DNA of 64,000 nucleotides from Octopus vulgaris (GCA_951406725.2 OX597814.1:59582001-59646000), one strand, 5' to 3'. Counted from the first letter of the stretch, positions 1 to 17,330 are shown. Numbers and translations: made by a program. Notes: generated by a model from the letters alone, not told the origin.

Positions 1-1039
1 ACTTTCTGGATTTATTTTACATACTTGACTCTTATTTATTTAGAAATATTTCATCTCATACATCTATCCTCATTATCATAATGCGTTTAGAAAGAATTTA
101 TAAAACATACTTAAAATAAAGAAACGTGTCAGAAGAAATATTTCTAAATACAACAGTGTTAAATATCCTTAAAAGTCTGTACAAGTGCAGCCTTTTAAGA
201 AGACAGGGTAAAGGCCAATTTTTTGAGGAGGGTGTGAAGATAAAAGTCTCCTGTTAGTGAATGAATGGCTTTTTAACGAGATTTAAAAAATATGTACCAA
301 TATGATGTTAACCTAAAACTATATTAATTCATGCTATGCAGTACCTGATTAGTGTTATTAAAATAAGAAATATAACGTAAAATGTTATTCAAATTAAAGA
401 GTGAAGTCATCATTATATATTAAAGAATGAAATCATCATTACGTTTTCAAATAACTCTGCTATTCAAAACTTCTAAAGATATCTCATTCCTATCACGGCT
501 TTCGTGACGTTCAGTTGTTTGCTATATTTATCATTATAATTGGTGATACATACGAATCTCTTGATTAAATCAGGTAACATATCTACATATCCCTATTTTT
601 CTCAATATATTTGAAAGAATCTATTACATTCTTATTTGATCAGAATTGGTTGTGTACATCGGAGTATTTATTGCATTTTCTATATGAAGTAAGCAATAAC
701 TTTTAATTCCCCCAGGAACATTACGGCGTTATGTTCTACTAGAGCTACATATAAGCTGTGGCAAATATCATAACATTTGTAAATGTTATAGCATTTACCA
801 TTTTTATTTTTGAAACATGTGCTCAAATACACAGGTAAATAAAATGCATCCTTGCATGCATTTGGAGATGATATCAGATCTTTGATGAAATAATATGTGG
901 TGAGAGCCTTTACAGAACAGCATATGAGTTACTGTTGACTAAATTTAAAGTAACACTCTTGGTGATAGTGTAATCGTTTAACTTTTAGTAGTTAATTTAA
1001 ATGTAAGAATTATATCGCCTTGAAATTATATAAAATATG

Positions 1040-1157
<118 letters not shown>

Positions 1158-3377
1158 AGGTGTGTGTGTGAGCGCGCGTGTGTGCTTGTATGTGTAAGCG
1201 TGTTTGTGTGAATTGAATATAGTATTTATGCATGTATCATGAATATAAATTTAGGTAAATTGAATAGTGACACTTTCAGTTGATTTGCTGAATCACTAAT
1301 TATATAGATGAAGTTTATTCAACTAATTATTTCAATTCAGTAATGGACTCTACATGCATGTAAACCAATACTAGAACATATTAATATCTAAGTAACACAC
1401 ATTAAATTCAGTACGTTTACACTTGAATGGTGTTCACTACTGCTGAAATATTTCTGTAAATTGTACCCCATACAGACTGGGTGTAATCTAAGTTCATTAC
1501 AAGTTTACAGACGTATGTTTTCCTAGTTATCTTCTTATATATCTTTCCCTATTTTCATGATCTGCGTCTTACATTCCCAATATACCTTTGTATGTTCCCT
1601 CTGCACTTGTCACTTTCTCTCTATCATTGCGTGGCGGTACTAATGTTTAAAATAGTTAACTTAAGGTAATGCTAATAAAACGTTAGAGAAATGAGGATTA
1701 AATAAAGATTCCACTATGAGATACTGTTTCAACTATTAATCGGCTTGGCAATGCAAAATCAATCAAAACTCAAATCTCCGGATCAGCAGAAATATGTTTG
1801 TTATAACCTTTTTAATTATTGATTTCTTTGACAAGTTCACCTGTCAATGAATCGTATCAATCTATCACATATACCATTAATATCATAAGAAGGAAAGAGA
1901 GTCAGTAGGTTTATCATGATTAAAAATCACATCCATACTAAATGAATGAAATGCAAAATCTGAAATTACAGAATTCAAATTAGGGTAAAACCAACCGTTG
2001 TAATGCAGCTACACTCTTCCTTTTATTTTCTTTAAAACTATTTATTTAATATTTTTAGCCTTGTATAAACCATCCATTTTTTTGTCGGACGAAAAGAGTC
2101 ACGTGTATAATATAACCAATACCTCTGGGAATCATAGGAGCATTAGTGATGTTATAACGTGATTTTCGTTAAAAACGAACATTTATCCTGTTGTGATTTA
2201 CTATGCGCCAGGATATGCACATTTCCTCTATGGATTACATCTCACTTTCATGAATTACTGCCTGGAAAAAGAAAAAATCTGAATTTGAGAGAAATAGGTT
2301 TGAAAATACCTGTCATCCCGAATTCATCATTTGTTCTATCTATAGTACTTGTCAATTTTCCTGTTTCCTTATTGAATACTGATCTCTTTCCGTAAATTTT
2401 AAAGCAATGACGCAAACATGTGCGTTATATAGTTATATAGTCCAGTGAACCAATTTCGTTATATTAGCAATATTGTATCACAGAAATATAAGATTGATTC
2501 AACGGAATCGGCGCTTTTAACGCAAAGGTTCAGATAAATTAGTACCATAGTGTATTTTAGACACACATTATATACTTTCTGCCATGAACTGCCCCTAAAT
2601 AGTTATATTCAGTGATGCTTCAAGTATTAATAGGATGTGAAAAAGGACTCACAGCCGTTGAAACAGCATTAATGCAATTGAAACCAAAAATAAAGTGAAA
2701 GATGACATTAGTGAAAGATGAGCAAGGAGAATAGAGTTTTATTTGTTAGTTATGTTGTATTCTGGAAGCAATGAGAAATATTTTATTATTCCTTCTACAT
2801 TGTTGCTGCTGAAACGTCCAAAGACAAAATAGATTGAAAAAAATATAATAAAATATATTTAAAGGAAAATGAAGGAAAAGGGTAAAATTCACTTGTTTAA
2901 GAAAAAAATAGAATAAAACGTATTTGATATTTTAGATTGAAGACGTAAAAAATAAAATGGGTAAAGTTTTTACTACAAAGATACTAATTTGTTTTGACAC
3001 AAATAGCTGGTGGAAACAACGATGCATAAACTTATTACACACAACAGTTACTTTGGAACAATCATGTATGATAGTGCATGTAAATAGTAAGGAGTTAAAT
3101 ATTAATATTGAAACTATTATTTTATAAGCTGTTGGTGGTGCTGTTGTTATTACTTTCACGTCTTTCTTTTTCCTGCATTTGTTATATTATGATTCATTTT
3201 TCCTGCTTTCATCAACCGTTCTGCTCTATCAGAATATGAAAGTAGGATGCGACAAATCGAGAAATTTAAGAAATTTGAATATATAGCATTAGTTGTTAGT
3301 TGCAGAAAATTAAGCCAAAAAAAACCGGCAGCAATTGTTAAATATCAAGGAAGACAATGCAATATAGGTTCTAGTTT

Positions 3378-3622
3378 GACACGCCGGCGAAATGCTTAGC
3401 GGTATTTCGTCTGCCGTTACGTTCTACCTACCCCCTTGTGGGTAGTAAAGAAATAGGTATTTCGTCTGTCTTCACGTTCTGAGTTCAAATTCTGCCGAGG
3501 TCGACTTCGCATTTCATCCATTCGTGGTCGATAGATTAAGTACCAGTTGTTTACTGGGGTCGATCTAATCGACTGGCCCCCTCCCTCAAAATTTCTGGCC
3601 TCGTGCCTTGAGTAGAAAAGAA
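3378..3622 (+). mobile_element. tRNA-derived SINE, family A (5' part missing, internal duplication)
   Basis: B-box-like GAGTTCAAATTC, body GAGGTCGACTT...TACTGGGGTCGAT and tail GTGCCTTGAGTAGAAAAGAA are shared with copies at 17347, 20555, 22310, 25650 and 60260. Confidence 0.8.
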
Positions 3623-5040
3623 TAATTTCTCTGTTGTGAGAGAAATAGATTGCCATCAAAAAATAGAATTTTACATAGGATGATTCCTCTCACTTCCACA
3701 GGAAACTTTACCTGAACTCCCAAACACCATCCCTATCCAGCTGAGCCACATCCAAACCTATCCACACTGCTATACTTTCACACCCACTCATTCTCCAGAG
3801 TAATTAAGAAATCTTCCACATACACACCTTTACCGTATAGCACCATCCCTTCGGTTTACCCTTCTTGCACACAAGTACACACTTCTATTCACCTAATATG
3901 TTGTGTCTTTAACACACGTGCACACACTCAGACACTCACTCAAAGACACACGCATACACTAACACGCACAAACTGGCACGCGAAAACATAGATGCCCTCA
4001 CACAAACTCCCTTCACATATGTACACTTCTACCCGCCCATTAGTTTGTCTCATTGACGCTGTCGCACAAATAATGTCTGGCGAGCATACTCATAGCCACG
4101 ATCACTTATTCTTTACAGTCACAATCATTGGCGCATGTTCCTCACTCAGTGCTATATTTGCATGTATATTCTACATTTCTTTCGGTTGGTACCTTTGAAT
4201 CCCCGAATCTCTCACTTCCTTCGCCTCCTTTTTAATTCTGCTTGACCGTTATTCCCTCATTACATAGCACCCATCCCCCACACAAACATATACACTACTT
4301 CTGCTTCACACAAACATATAAACTACTTCACGCAAAGATGACTAGTTTCGTTACATTCTGTCAGTTCCATGCGCCATCTGCTCTTTTATTCTGCAACACG
4401 TGTAAAAACGTTCGGGTTTTCAACTTCATTTAAATTAATTCTTTTTCTTCCTGGAGTATAACATTTTTATAGATACATTCCACCATCTCCTAAATATTTT
4501 ACCAGCTTTTCTGGCCCGTTGTTCAATGTTGAGATTTTTCTTCTATCACTTTCTTTGAATTTTCTAGTCAGGAAATTCCTTCATATCTTACTCTTTTTTG
4601 TCACCTTTTCAAATTTTAGACTAAACTTAACATCTTTGATTTGAAAATGCACTCATTACAAAATGCTCTGCAATCCTACATATTTTTATATCTGCATTTT
4701 CCTTCACGAAAATAAGTTTTCATCTACATCTTGGTATCAAATGTAATTCCACGACATATTTATACGTGATTTCATTTTCTGGTTTACACGCTTTCACACA
4801 ATCACACACTAAGAAGTACACAAAAATCAACATCTTCAGTCACTCTAACTAATGCTACTATACTTCCACACATATTATTTGTCACTGAACTTTACACCAA
4901 TACCACATCTGTCCAGCTATGTTCTGTGTTATTGCTACCGTGTTCTTCTTCAAGTTTTTACATTGCATTGTATATAAGCATTATAGTATTATAAACAAAT
5001 AGACAAATGGATAGAAAGATTGATAGATATGCATAATGGT

Positions 5041-5087
<47 letters not shown>

Positions 5088-5138
5088 GTATATACGTATA
5101 CATATATATATATATATATATATACATATGTATATACG

Positions 5139-5169
<31 letters not shown>

Positions 5170-5180
5170 ATATGTATGTG

Positions 5181-5228
<48 letters not shown>

Positions 5229-5689
5229 AACCAGGGTATTCTATTTAATTGACAAGGGAGACAACCTCCCCACCGAAAGCGAGGTGCGCGAGGTGCATTA
5301 AATTAGCTTGCTAATTTTGCATAGAAATTAATGCTCATCAGTAATGCTTACTCCATCGCAGGTAGTGACGCCGAATTTTCGCCTGTCAGAATTTACATAA
5401 TTTACCCTGTTGGTGATATAGAGTATGAGGTTTCTGTGGCTAAAGAGACTCTAACTCTTATTTCTAGTCATGCTGGTGCTCTCTGCACACTTGGTCGACT
5501 TTTAGTGATGGTGAAGTATTTCCTTTTAGGTTATAGATTGCGCCTACACACCTTAATTATTTTATAGCTTTCACATTAAAATTACCAGTATTTATTATTC
5601 AAAATTCATCTAAAAGAAGCATAAAAAGAGAATAAATGGTATAGTTAGTCATTGACATAGTTTATTAAGCCTTTCCTCTCGTTTCCATC

Positions 5690-6570
5690 TTCAGCCGCTA
5701 GAAGTATTTCATTGAGCGACATCCCACCGTTTGCACGAATCATATGGTTGTACGTCATTCTTGGTCGTTACCTCTATAACTTTCCACCCTTTAGGTCGTT
5801 AAAGTAGATGTAGCATTTGGTGGCCAATCCATCTCAGTTGGTTTTCCTTTATCTTTTATGTAATTTGCTTTTATGTCATGTGTCAATTATTTGGTACAAT
5901 GATTTTTGAAAACGTGGTTTGCTTGAAAAGTCTTCATCATGGCCCTTTGTCGATTCGTATTTATTATCCATGTCTCGCATCCACTTGTAAAAATTGGGAG
6001 ACATAGAGTTTTGTACATGCTTTTCTTCGATGTTGGGTTGTCAGACGACTAGAGGTGTTGAAGCTGCAACATTGCTCTACATGCCACTCTCCTTCTGTCT
6101 ATGTCACTGTTTGAGCTATGAGAGAGATTAGTTAGAGTCGATCCAAGGGGATTTTATTTGTCCTGGATCACTGTTTTCCATTTGCCATGACACCATTGTT
6201 TCGTCTGTGTTTATATTCATGGTGAAATACTCCGTCTTCGATTCGTTTGTTTCTAACCTACAGTATTTGTTGCTCCCATAACAGTATCCAAGTAGTCTTG
6301 TGCTTTTATGGAACTAGGAGCAAAGCGAACAATACCATCTGAAAATGCAAGATAGGTCAAGTTATGCGATTCTGATACGCGAATTCCATCCTCCTTATGG
6401 GTTGCAGCTTTCATCACATGATCTATAAACACCAACAATATATAAGGTGTTAAGGTATCACATTGCAGAATTCCTCTCTGAGTTGTCAAGCCACGGACTG
6501 TTTTCTATTAAGAAGGACATATGTTGTTTGATGTTCCCGGTCCCTTCAAGAATCGTAAATACAGTGGTTC
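5690..6570 (-). mobile_element. Degenerate RTE-like LINE reverse transcriptase fragment
   Basis: ORF 6253-6489 GILQCDTLTPYILLVFIDHVM...LAFSD resembles the RT motifs GVLQGDTLAPYLF...FADD. Confidence 0.7.
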
Positions 6571-7238
6571 TGTCAACGCTGTATATATACATAAATTTTC
6601 ACATCTTTATGTATATGTACATATATGCGTGTGTACGTGTGCCTGTTTGTGTTTAATATATTACGATTCAGGTGAAATAACCACTTAAATAGTAGGGCAT
6701 TTTAATTTTCACCCGACCCGGAGCACTTTTGCCTTCAAAGCTATAAATCTTAATTATACACTACCTACGTTTGACGTTGTGCTCTCGTCAGCTATAAGAC
6801 CAACATTTGATTTGGCAAACTCATTCTACAAACAACGAAGGCAGTTGAATCACAAACTCTGCGCTGACCGTGGATTTTTGAAACTTTGTAAATGTTTTGA
6901 AATGATTTTAAGCGGTCCTAATATTCATGTTCGTGTAAACTTCTGGAGAAAATTACTTTTCAGAATGATATAATGTATCCATTAATCAATTACGAACTCA
7001 TTGGAAATAGCTGCAATGCATTGCTTAACTAATTTACTATATTTTACTGCTAATAAATTAACATTAATGTTAATAAATTAATTTATATTCATTAAGTATC
7101 TCCATTTTCAAATAACATTTAATATATATAACATACCTATTTTATACTGAGAGATATTTCTCAACAATATAATACCTTAAACCAATGCAACTTGGATGAA
7201 ACTATTCCTATCAGAGGTTTATATATCCTCATATTGAC

Positions 7239-7347
<109 letters not shown>

Positions 7348-7566
7348 GCATATATATACCTATATATATGGGTATGTATGCATATATATATACATGTATA
7401 ATTTTAAAATAGGATAAAATCTTTATAGGTAATCAAGTAGTGAAAAACGTCATCACGGAAAACTTTATTAATTGACTTTAAGTTTTGACTTTAAGAGTCC
7501 CACCTAGCATGAGGCATTTATGTATAGTAATGCCCTTAATATATATAAATATATACATCTGTATAT

Positions 7567-7647
<81 letters not shown>

Positions 7648-7688
7648 TACTTATATATGTATATACATATATATAACGGGCAGGATAT

Positions 7689-7806
<118 letters not shown>

Positions 7807-7891
7807 TAAATAATAAAGGTAGAAATGTATGTTAATCAATTAAAACCAGTGGCTTAGTATATTTAAAAATCAGAAGATAAAATTGTGTTAT

Positions 7892-8066
7892 ATACAAAAT
7901 TAAGAGGAATGACCACTAAAGTGGACATCCTATGTACTAAACATAGACGTCAATTCGCTATTACCACAAACAATGTGTTCTCTAGAACACAATCTTTATG
8001 GTAATGTCGATTTGACGTCTATGTTTAGGGCGTCCACTTTAGTGGTCATTCCTCTTAATTTTGTAT
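7892..8066. repeat. Imperfect palindrome (~88 bp arms) between (TA)n tracts
   Basis: ATACAAAATTAAGAGGAATGACCACTAAAGTGGAC...GTGTTC tcta GAACAC...GTCCACTTTAGTGGTCATTCCTCTTAATTTTGTAT. Confidence 0.9.
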
Positions 8067-8082
8067 CATATATATATATATC

Positions 8083-8142
<60 letters not shown>

Positions 8143-8752
8143 ATGCATACATACATACATATATGAAAGAATGGATGGGATATTTCTTATTCTGCCATGC
8201 TTTTTAAAACATTTTTAAAATTCTCTTAAATATTTTTCCTGGTATTATAAATTAACTAATGCACTAAGTTACATTTAGATTAACAAATGTGATTGTATAC
8301 AAATATATTTCATGGCGGTTATATTAGCTCATTTTTCATATTTAATTTTTTTAGTTTTATCATTGACTTTATTTTTAATTATTGACGCTCGCACTATAAG
8401 ATATAAATACATTTAAATTCAGTCTTTTCTTGAATCTGTGAAACTTCATTTATCAAAAATTACGCTGAGGTGTTTCTTACACATAAACAATGGATTGTTA
8501 TAATTCTAGTCTGAGTAGAGAATAGAAACAATTTTATGTAAATTGTATATAGTATTTATTATATTACAATATACTACTATCAATATATAATATATTATAA
8601 TATTATGCGAATGAATTTAAATTATTGAATTAAACATAGTATATCTCCATTTTTATAGATTTAATATATACCCAACTGATTCTTAAGGCTATTTCTACAA
8701 AATTGGGAATTTAACAGTGGAGTCAGTGACATGTTGGGTATATGTATGTATC

Positions 8753-8784
<32 letters not shown>

Positions 8785-8969
8785 TGTATGTATGTATGTA
8801 TGTATGTATGTATGAGACAGACAAACAGTTAGACAGATAGACAGACAGACAAACAGACAACAGATAGATAGATAGACCAAAATTAAACTTGTGTATAAAT
8901 ATATGCGTTGGAAGTTCGTGTGTATATGTGCGTGTGTGTGCGCACGTGCGTATCTTTTCTTAAATTCTC

Positions 8970-10270
8970 GTGCAGCAGGACGCAGTTAACGACATACATT
9001 GTATACATGAAACCTTAATTTACCATTGTGTAGTATATGAAACCGATGATTCGTTTGGAGATATTTGTTTTTGTACAATAGTTTTTAAAAACTTCTTTAA
9101 TGTTGATTTTCCTTTTCCAAGCTTACAAAGGTATCCGGTTTTAACCAAACCTAATATGCTTTTACGTCAATCAAAAATAATCATAACAAAATATGCAGTA
9201 TTGACACGTTTTTGAAGATTATTTGCAGAAGGGTAACATCATTAAGAAAGGATTTACAAAATTAAGATGAAAATTTAAAATGGACTCTTTTCCTTCAGCA
9301 TACATAAGTAAGTTATCTTAGGAATATGATTTTCCTCTCCAACAAATTTTCAAAATGCTTTTCAACTTTTTCTAAAAGGCTTTCCATAACACATTTTAGG
9401 AAATTACGTTAACAATAACTTATTTATTTCTCAGAATAAATCTTAGCGATTTATAACTGAGTACTTTAGATGCATAATATAAATTTTAAAGTTGGCAATG
9501 CCTTTTTTCTCTTTTTAATTTGAATGCCTTCCAGAAGATTTGATGGTGGTTGTACGTTCATTCACTACCGTTAAAATAATTGAAAGCTATGAATATATTG
9601 AATCATTCATATTCATTATCTCCTATGTCAAATTAAATTAACATCAAAATGACTGAATTTTCCTTGATATTTTTAGTGGCATTTATAAATAAAATTTATG
9701 GCATTTCTCTTCGTTATTTTATCTTCACGTTGCCTTTTTTCCCTGGAATATCAGCGAAAAGAAATTGGTGTTTACTGAAGAAAAAAGAACAAGTGCGGGA
9801 TTAATGGCTCGTCTTTAGCTTCAGGCTTTTCGCGATATATATTGCGTTCTCAAAACGAATGACATCTTTGCTAAATATGTCATTTGTTTTGACGGAAATA
9901 AGTGGCGAGCAAATCACCAAAATTGTGATAGAATGCATTGAGGTTAAGTTGTATAGAGACCTGTTCAGCACAGAGAAATGTGGTACAATGCGACGTTCAC
10001 GGTGACCAGTTTTCTTTGATAATGGGTTGATTTAGTTTTCAGGTCCCTTCAATCTCGACAATGGCCATGAACACGTTCAGCGTTTCCATTGTGTATCACT
10101 AATTGACCGTTATGTTTTGCCCCAGGCATTTACTCACCAAACTGGCTGCTAGACCCATAAATGCTTTTACAATATGCTTATAACCGTTACCAAATGCTTC
10201 GCTGATTCTAGATTTGGGAGAAAAGACACAAGAGAGTATTTTCAATTTGTTTCTGTTTTTGCTTTATTTT
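8970..10270 (-). pseudogene. Decayed leucine-rich-repeat (TLR-like ectodomain) coding remnant
   Basis: Broken minus-strand frames give SFLPNLES, VKAFMGL, SLYNLTS, IFKNVSILHILL, LKPDTFVSLEK and a Cys cluster VSCIQC resembling LRRCT. Many stops and frameshifts. Confidence 0.35.
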
Positions 10271-10346
10271 CCTTTGTATCCGGTTTTCAGTTTTTGTATA
10301 TTGTTATTGTTATCATAATCATCATCATTATTATCGTTATTATTCT

Positions 10347-10405
<59 letters not shown>

Positions 10406-10654
10406 TTAAAACCATCACCACCACCACCACCATCACTGAGACACTGGGGTCGATGTACTCGGCTAGTCCCCTCCTCCAAATTTTAAGCCTCAGGGATTAT
10501 CCTTATAGTATATAGTAATAACGTAGTAGAAAGCATATAGTAGCATATAATATTATAGTAGTATATAGTAGAACGGATTATTATTATTATTGCTGTTATT
10601 AATATTATTATTGTTGTCGTTGTTGCTATTGTTATTGCTATTATTATCATTATT

Positions 10655-11819
10655 TAGTAGTCTTATTTTTATAGCGTGCTTCCACTGCACTACCGAGCCC
10701 AGCTCTGTGTGCCTTGGATATGTGCTGTGGTTTGGTGTGATATTCTTATAGTTACTCTATTGAGAGTGTTTATGTATGACGTGTGCGGTGCTCAGTAGTG
10801 CTTTTTTCTGTATGTTATATATATTTGTTAATCGTGTTTTTTTTGTTATGTATTTGTATGAATATTCTTTTTATCATACCTAATGCGCCTACTATGATAG
10901 GAATTGCTTCTGTTTTTAGACCCCACATTCGAGTCACGTCCATATCCAGCTCTTTGTATTTTGAAAGTTTCTCCATTTCTTTTACAGAAACGTTGTCATC
11001 TGTTGGTATTGATACATCGACTAGAAAGCATTTTTTTTCTTCATGATCTCTGACAACTATATCTGGTCTGTTGGCCTTAATTTCTCTATCTGTGTGTATC
11101 GGCATATTGATGATCTCTCACAACTATATCCAGCCAAATTTGTCTTAATTCCTCTATCTGTGTGTATTGGTATATCCCATAGTATGGTTGCTTTCTCATT
11201 TTCTGTGATGTTTTCTGGCGTGTGCCTATACCATCTTTTTTCTTTCGTTATTCTATAGTGTTGGCATAGCTTCCAGTGTATATAGGTCCCAAATCTGTCG
11301 TGTCTGTGAATGTATTCCTTTTTAGTCAGGATTAGGCAGCCAGAGATAATATGGTTTATTGTTTCTTGTCCATTTCCATACATTCTGCAGTTACTTGTTA
11401 TGTTTCTTTTCATTATATGTTTAGGTAATTTTTGGTAGGAAAGTAATTAAAAATCCTTCTCTCTGCTTTGAGCACTGAGCTTCTCAGCCATTGCTGCAAT
11501 TTTGCTCTATTTATTTTGCCTTTAGTTTAACCAGCATTTGGCATGAAGGGGATTTTCTTGTCAACGGTTTATCATGATCCGTTGCTGTTCCAGATTTAGT
11601 TTGGATTTCAGTTGTTTTATAGCTTTTGTTGTTTCTTCTTTTTCTTCATAGTTATTTTTATATGTCAGCTTCCTTAAAGACTGAAAACAAGTTTTTGTTT
11701 TGTTCGTGTTTTATGGCTATATGTATTAATTTTCTTTGTTTATAAAGTAGGTATATTTGTAACCTTATGGTGGTTATCTTGTAATAGTTTTCCAGCTGTA
11801 TAAGGCCCACCTTCCACAG

Positions 11820-11885
<66 letters not shown>

Positions 11886-12790
11886 ACATTTCGATTGGGA
11901 TTTGGGGTGGTGCATCGTAAATCCTATCATTATTTTTTCTTGTTTTCCTGTCTATTCTGATTAGTTTATTTAGTGTTCAGTTAAGGGCATTGTAGCTATA
12001 ACTTATAACCAGGACGGCTAGACTGTTGATACATATTATCTTGTTTTGCGCATTGCGCTCTGTTTTCTGTATTAATCTAACTCTTCTTTGGTATTTTTTT
12101 ATTTTCTCTTACATTTGTGTTTGTTGTATCGTATCGAGTTCATTGATTCCTAAGTATATCTGGCTTTTGTCTAATCTTCAAATTTCATTTACTTTTTATT
12201 GTGTGATATTGCTACTCTTAACTACTTTTTTTCTCTTTTCAAGGTTGCGTTAGCACATTTTTCTAAGCCAAATTCCATGTTTATTTCTTTGGTAAATCCA
12301 TGTACAGTCTGTAGTAACATTTCCAGCTGTTTATCATTTGTAGCGTATAGTTTTACGTTATCCATATATAAGAGGTGGCTGATTGTTTTTCCGTAGCAGT
12401 TGTATCGACATCCGGTCCTGTGTAGCATTTTAGATAAAGGCGCTAGTGCCAAAAGGAAGAGGAGTGGAGAGAGCGTGTCTCGTGGAATATTCCTCTTCCA
12501 ATGGGGATGGCTTTGGTTTTTATGAGTCGCTCTTTTGTTTGAAGCTGTAGCACTGTTTGCCACTTATTCGTGGAATGTGTATATATTTTATGATTATTTG
12601 TGCAACCTTGTTCATGGCTAGGGTTTCTAGCATCCATGTATAGGGAATGCTATCAAAAGCCTTTCGGAATTCGATCCAGAATATACTGAGACCGTTCTTC
12701 TTTCTGCAGATATCTTCAGTTATGGCTTTTTTTTATCATTAGCAGATGTTTACAGCCGTATGAGCCCTTGTAGCATCCCTTCTGCTCTTC
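10655..12790 (-). mobile_element. Dong/R4-type non-LTR retrotransposon copy A (5'-truncated, decayed RT + RLE)
   Basis: EQKGCYKGSYGC, DTLSPLLF, HLLYMDNVKLY, CRMY..ETINHIISGC, RHD, RPDIVV..DVSIP..KLSKY. 3' end abuts (TAA)n at 10578-10654; (TA)n insertion at ~11823-11882. Confidence 0.9.
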
Positions 12791-14358
12791 ATGGTTGCAC
12801 TGAATCATAAAATACCACAGGATATTTGCATCACCATTTTCCATGATATGTTCGGGTTTATGGTCGTACCAATTTTTTACTCTGTCAAGTCCATACTTCT
12901 TGCAAAGTGTCCAATGGGCAAGCCTGGCTATATTGTTGTCACGTCTATTATATTCCTTCTGGGGCAGTGACGTACATTGGCTGCTAATATGCCATACCGT
13001 TTCACCATTTTGTCCACAGATTCTGAATTTATCACTTTCTGCTGTGTTGTCTATTCTGTATTTTATGTAGTATGTTGTTAGTGCTTGCTCTTGGGTAGCA
13101 CAGATTAGAACCTCCGTTTCTGGTGTTAAATCACTTTTATTCATCCACAACCACCTTTGTTCTATGTCTACCTTACCTTCAACATCCCTATGTAATTGTC
13201 CATGCATTATTTTGTTTAACCACCTATTTTCAGTTTCATTCGTTTTCAATTTCTTGTACAGTGCTTTATCTTTGCAATCTTTCATCCTACAAAAGCCTGA
13301 CCTCCTTGCTTCTAATAATAGCAGTTCTGTGGTATGTATTACATACCATATTATGTTGTTTTCTTCTGTTCTAATGCTATGTTCGCATCCAATAAGTCCT
13401 CTTCCCCCTCTTTTTCTTGGTACATACAGTCTGTCTGTGTCACTTTTTGGGTGGAGTAACTCATATCTAGTTGGCAACTTCCTTATCTTTCTAAGCTGTT
13501 TAGCTTGTCTACTGTCCATGCGATTACCCCTGCTCCATATTTAAGGAGTGAAACCGCCCAGGTGTTGATTGCTTCAATGTTATTCCGCCTGTTTAATTTC
13601 GACTTAAGTATCAATCTCAGTCTGCGCAAGTAATCCACCTTAAATTTTTCTGTCATTTCTTTCTCCATTAATTTATCCATTTCTCAAATCCCCAAATACT
13701 TATAGCCCGTTTCCTCTATCTCCGACAGTATCGATAGCCCGTCCATACATTTGATTTTGTCTCTCTTCAAGACTAACACACCACACTTTCTCAGTCCGAA
13801 CTCTATTCTGATATCAGCACTGAATGTATACACCGTATCAACGAGGAACTGACTTGGGTTTCATCTATACTATAAAGTTTGAGGTTATCGATGAATAAAC
13901 AAATGGTTGACTTTTTGTTGGCGGCTTTTGAGCACATACCCAACTTTTGCTTTCCTCAGAATCAGTGTTACTGGTATCAAGCACAGTTGAAAGATGATTG
14001 GGGACATGCAGTCCCTTTGGTAGTTGTCCCTCCTGATTTCTAGTGTCTCTAAACTTCTTCCGTATGCTGTCAGGCCTGTCCTCCAATTCACCATACTTTT
14101 TCCAAGTAATCGCTCAACATTCAATGCAATACCAAATAGGTTCATACATTCTATTATCCAGGAGTGTGGGATCATATCGTACGCCTAACCATAGTCGATC
14201 CATGGCATGGCATTTTCTAAGTACAGTTTTGTCCAACAGGAGTTGAACTTTGGTACCTCTGCACTTACACTTGCAACCCTTCTGCTCATGTTTTTCAGAT
14301 GTTCGTACGTTGAAGCTGCGAGTATTCCAGTCAATAATTTCATAAGTTGCAAACAGAA
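12790..14358 (-). mobile_element. Dong/R4-type non-LTR retrotransposon copy B (truncated at both ends)
   Basis: EQKGCKCKCRGTK, MIPHSWI, HPKSDTDRLYVPRKRGGRGL, ICGQNGETVWHISSQC. The RLE is cut at IQCNHE, where it fuses to copy A. Confidence 0.9.
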
Positions 14359-14431
<73 letters not shown>

Positions 14432-14432
14432 A

Positions 14433-16850
<2,418 letters not shown>

Positions 16851-17330
16851 GGCCCTGGCGAAAGAAGTTGTATGGTTACGGAGATATAAGGGGCTGAAGA
16901 CAAACACTTTTCTGAACATCGTCAAGTTTCAGTTGAAGAAGAAAATAAGGATGGAAAGTGGAGTGTTCCCTTTTGGCCGTTTGTGACAGGCGAATGTGAG
17001 CAACTAGAATGGTGCGAGGAAACGGGCCTCCCTGAATATACACATGTAATCGCAGAAGAGGAAATTAGTAAAAGCACCTGCCCCACAAGTCAGGGCACCT
17101 GTAATTTCATGGGGTTTGTCCATGAGCATCCCTCAAATGTCTCCTCCCTATGAGGATCATAAATTGTTAAAATTGCTTTTTTATTGTTATGTTAAACATG
17201 TTTACACTCAAAAGCCTCTCAACATCACACACTCTCATATAACTCATACGTACACTCATTCTTTCTTTTGGTCAGTACTGTCCATTATGTTTTACTTAAT
17301 GTAAACCCTTTGTACTCAACAAACAAATAT
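16851..17330 (+). mobile_element. 3' end of a Tx1/L1-like LINE
   Basis: Translation ALAKEVVWLRRYKGLKTNTFLNIVKFQLKKKIRME resembles L1/Tx1 ORF2 C-termini, followed by a UTR-like stretch. Confidence 0.5.

Noticed and set aside
2200-2400. Cadherin-like peptide FNKETGKLTSTIDR (minus strand)
   Set aside because: Single short match with no flanking cadherin motifs, and stops nearby.
2400-2700. Possible TIR-domain remnant (AVHGRKYIMCV) downstream of the TM-like segment
   Set aside because: Too degenerate to support without a profile search.
6755-6800. CTGACGA GA..TC AAACGTAG (minus strand) hammerhead-like motif
   Set aside because: G12 is missing and helix I is not convincing; at best a decayed copy.
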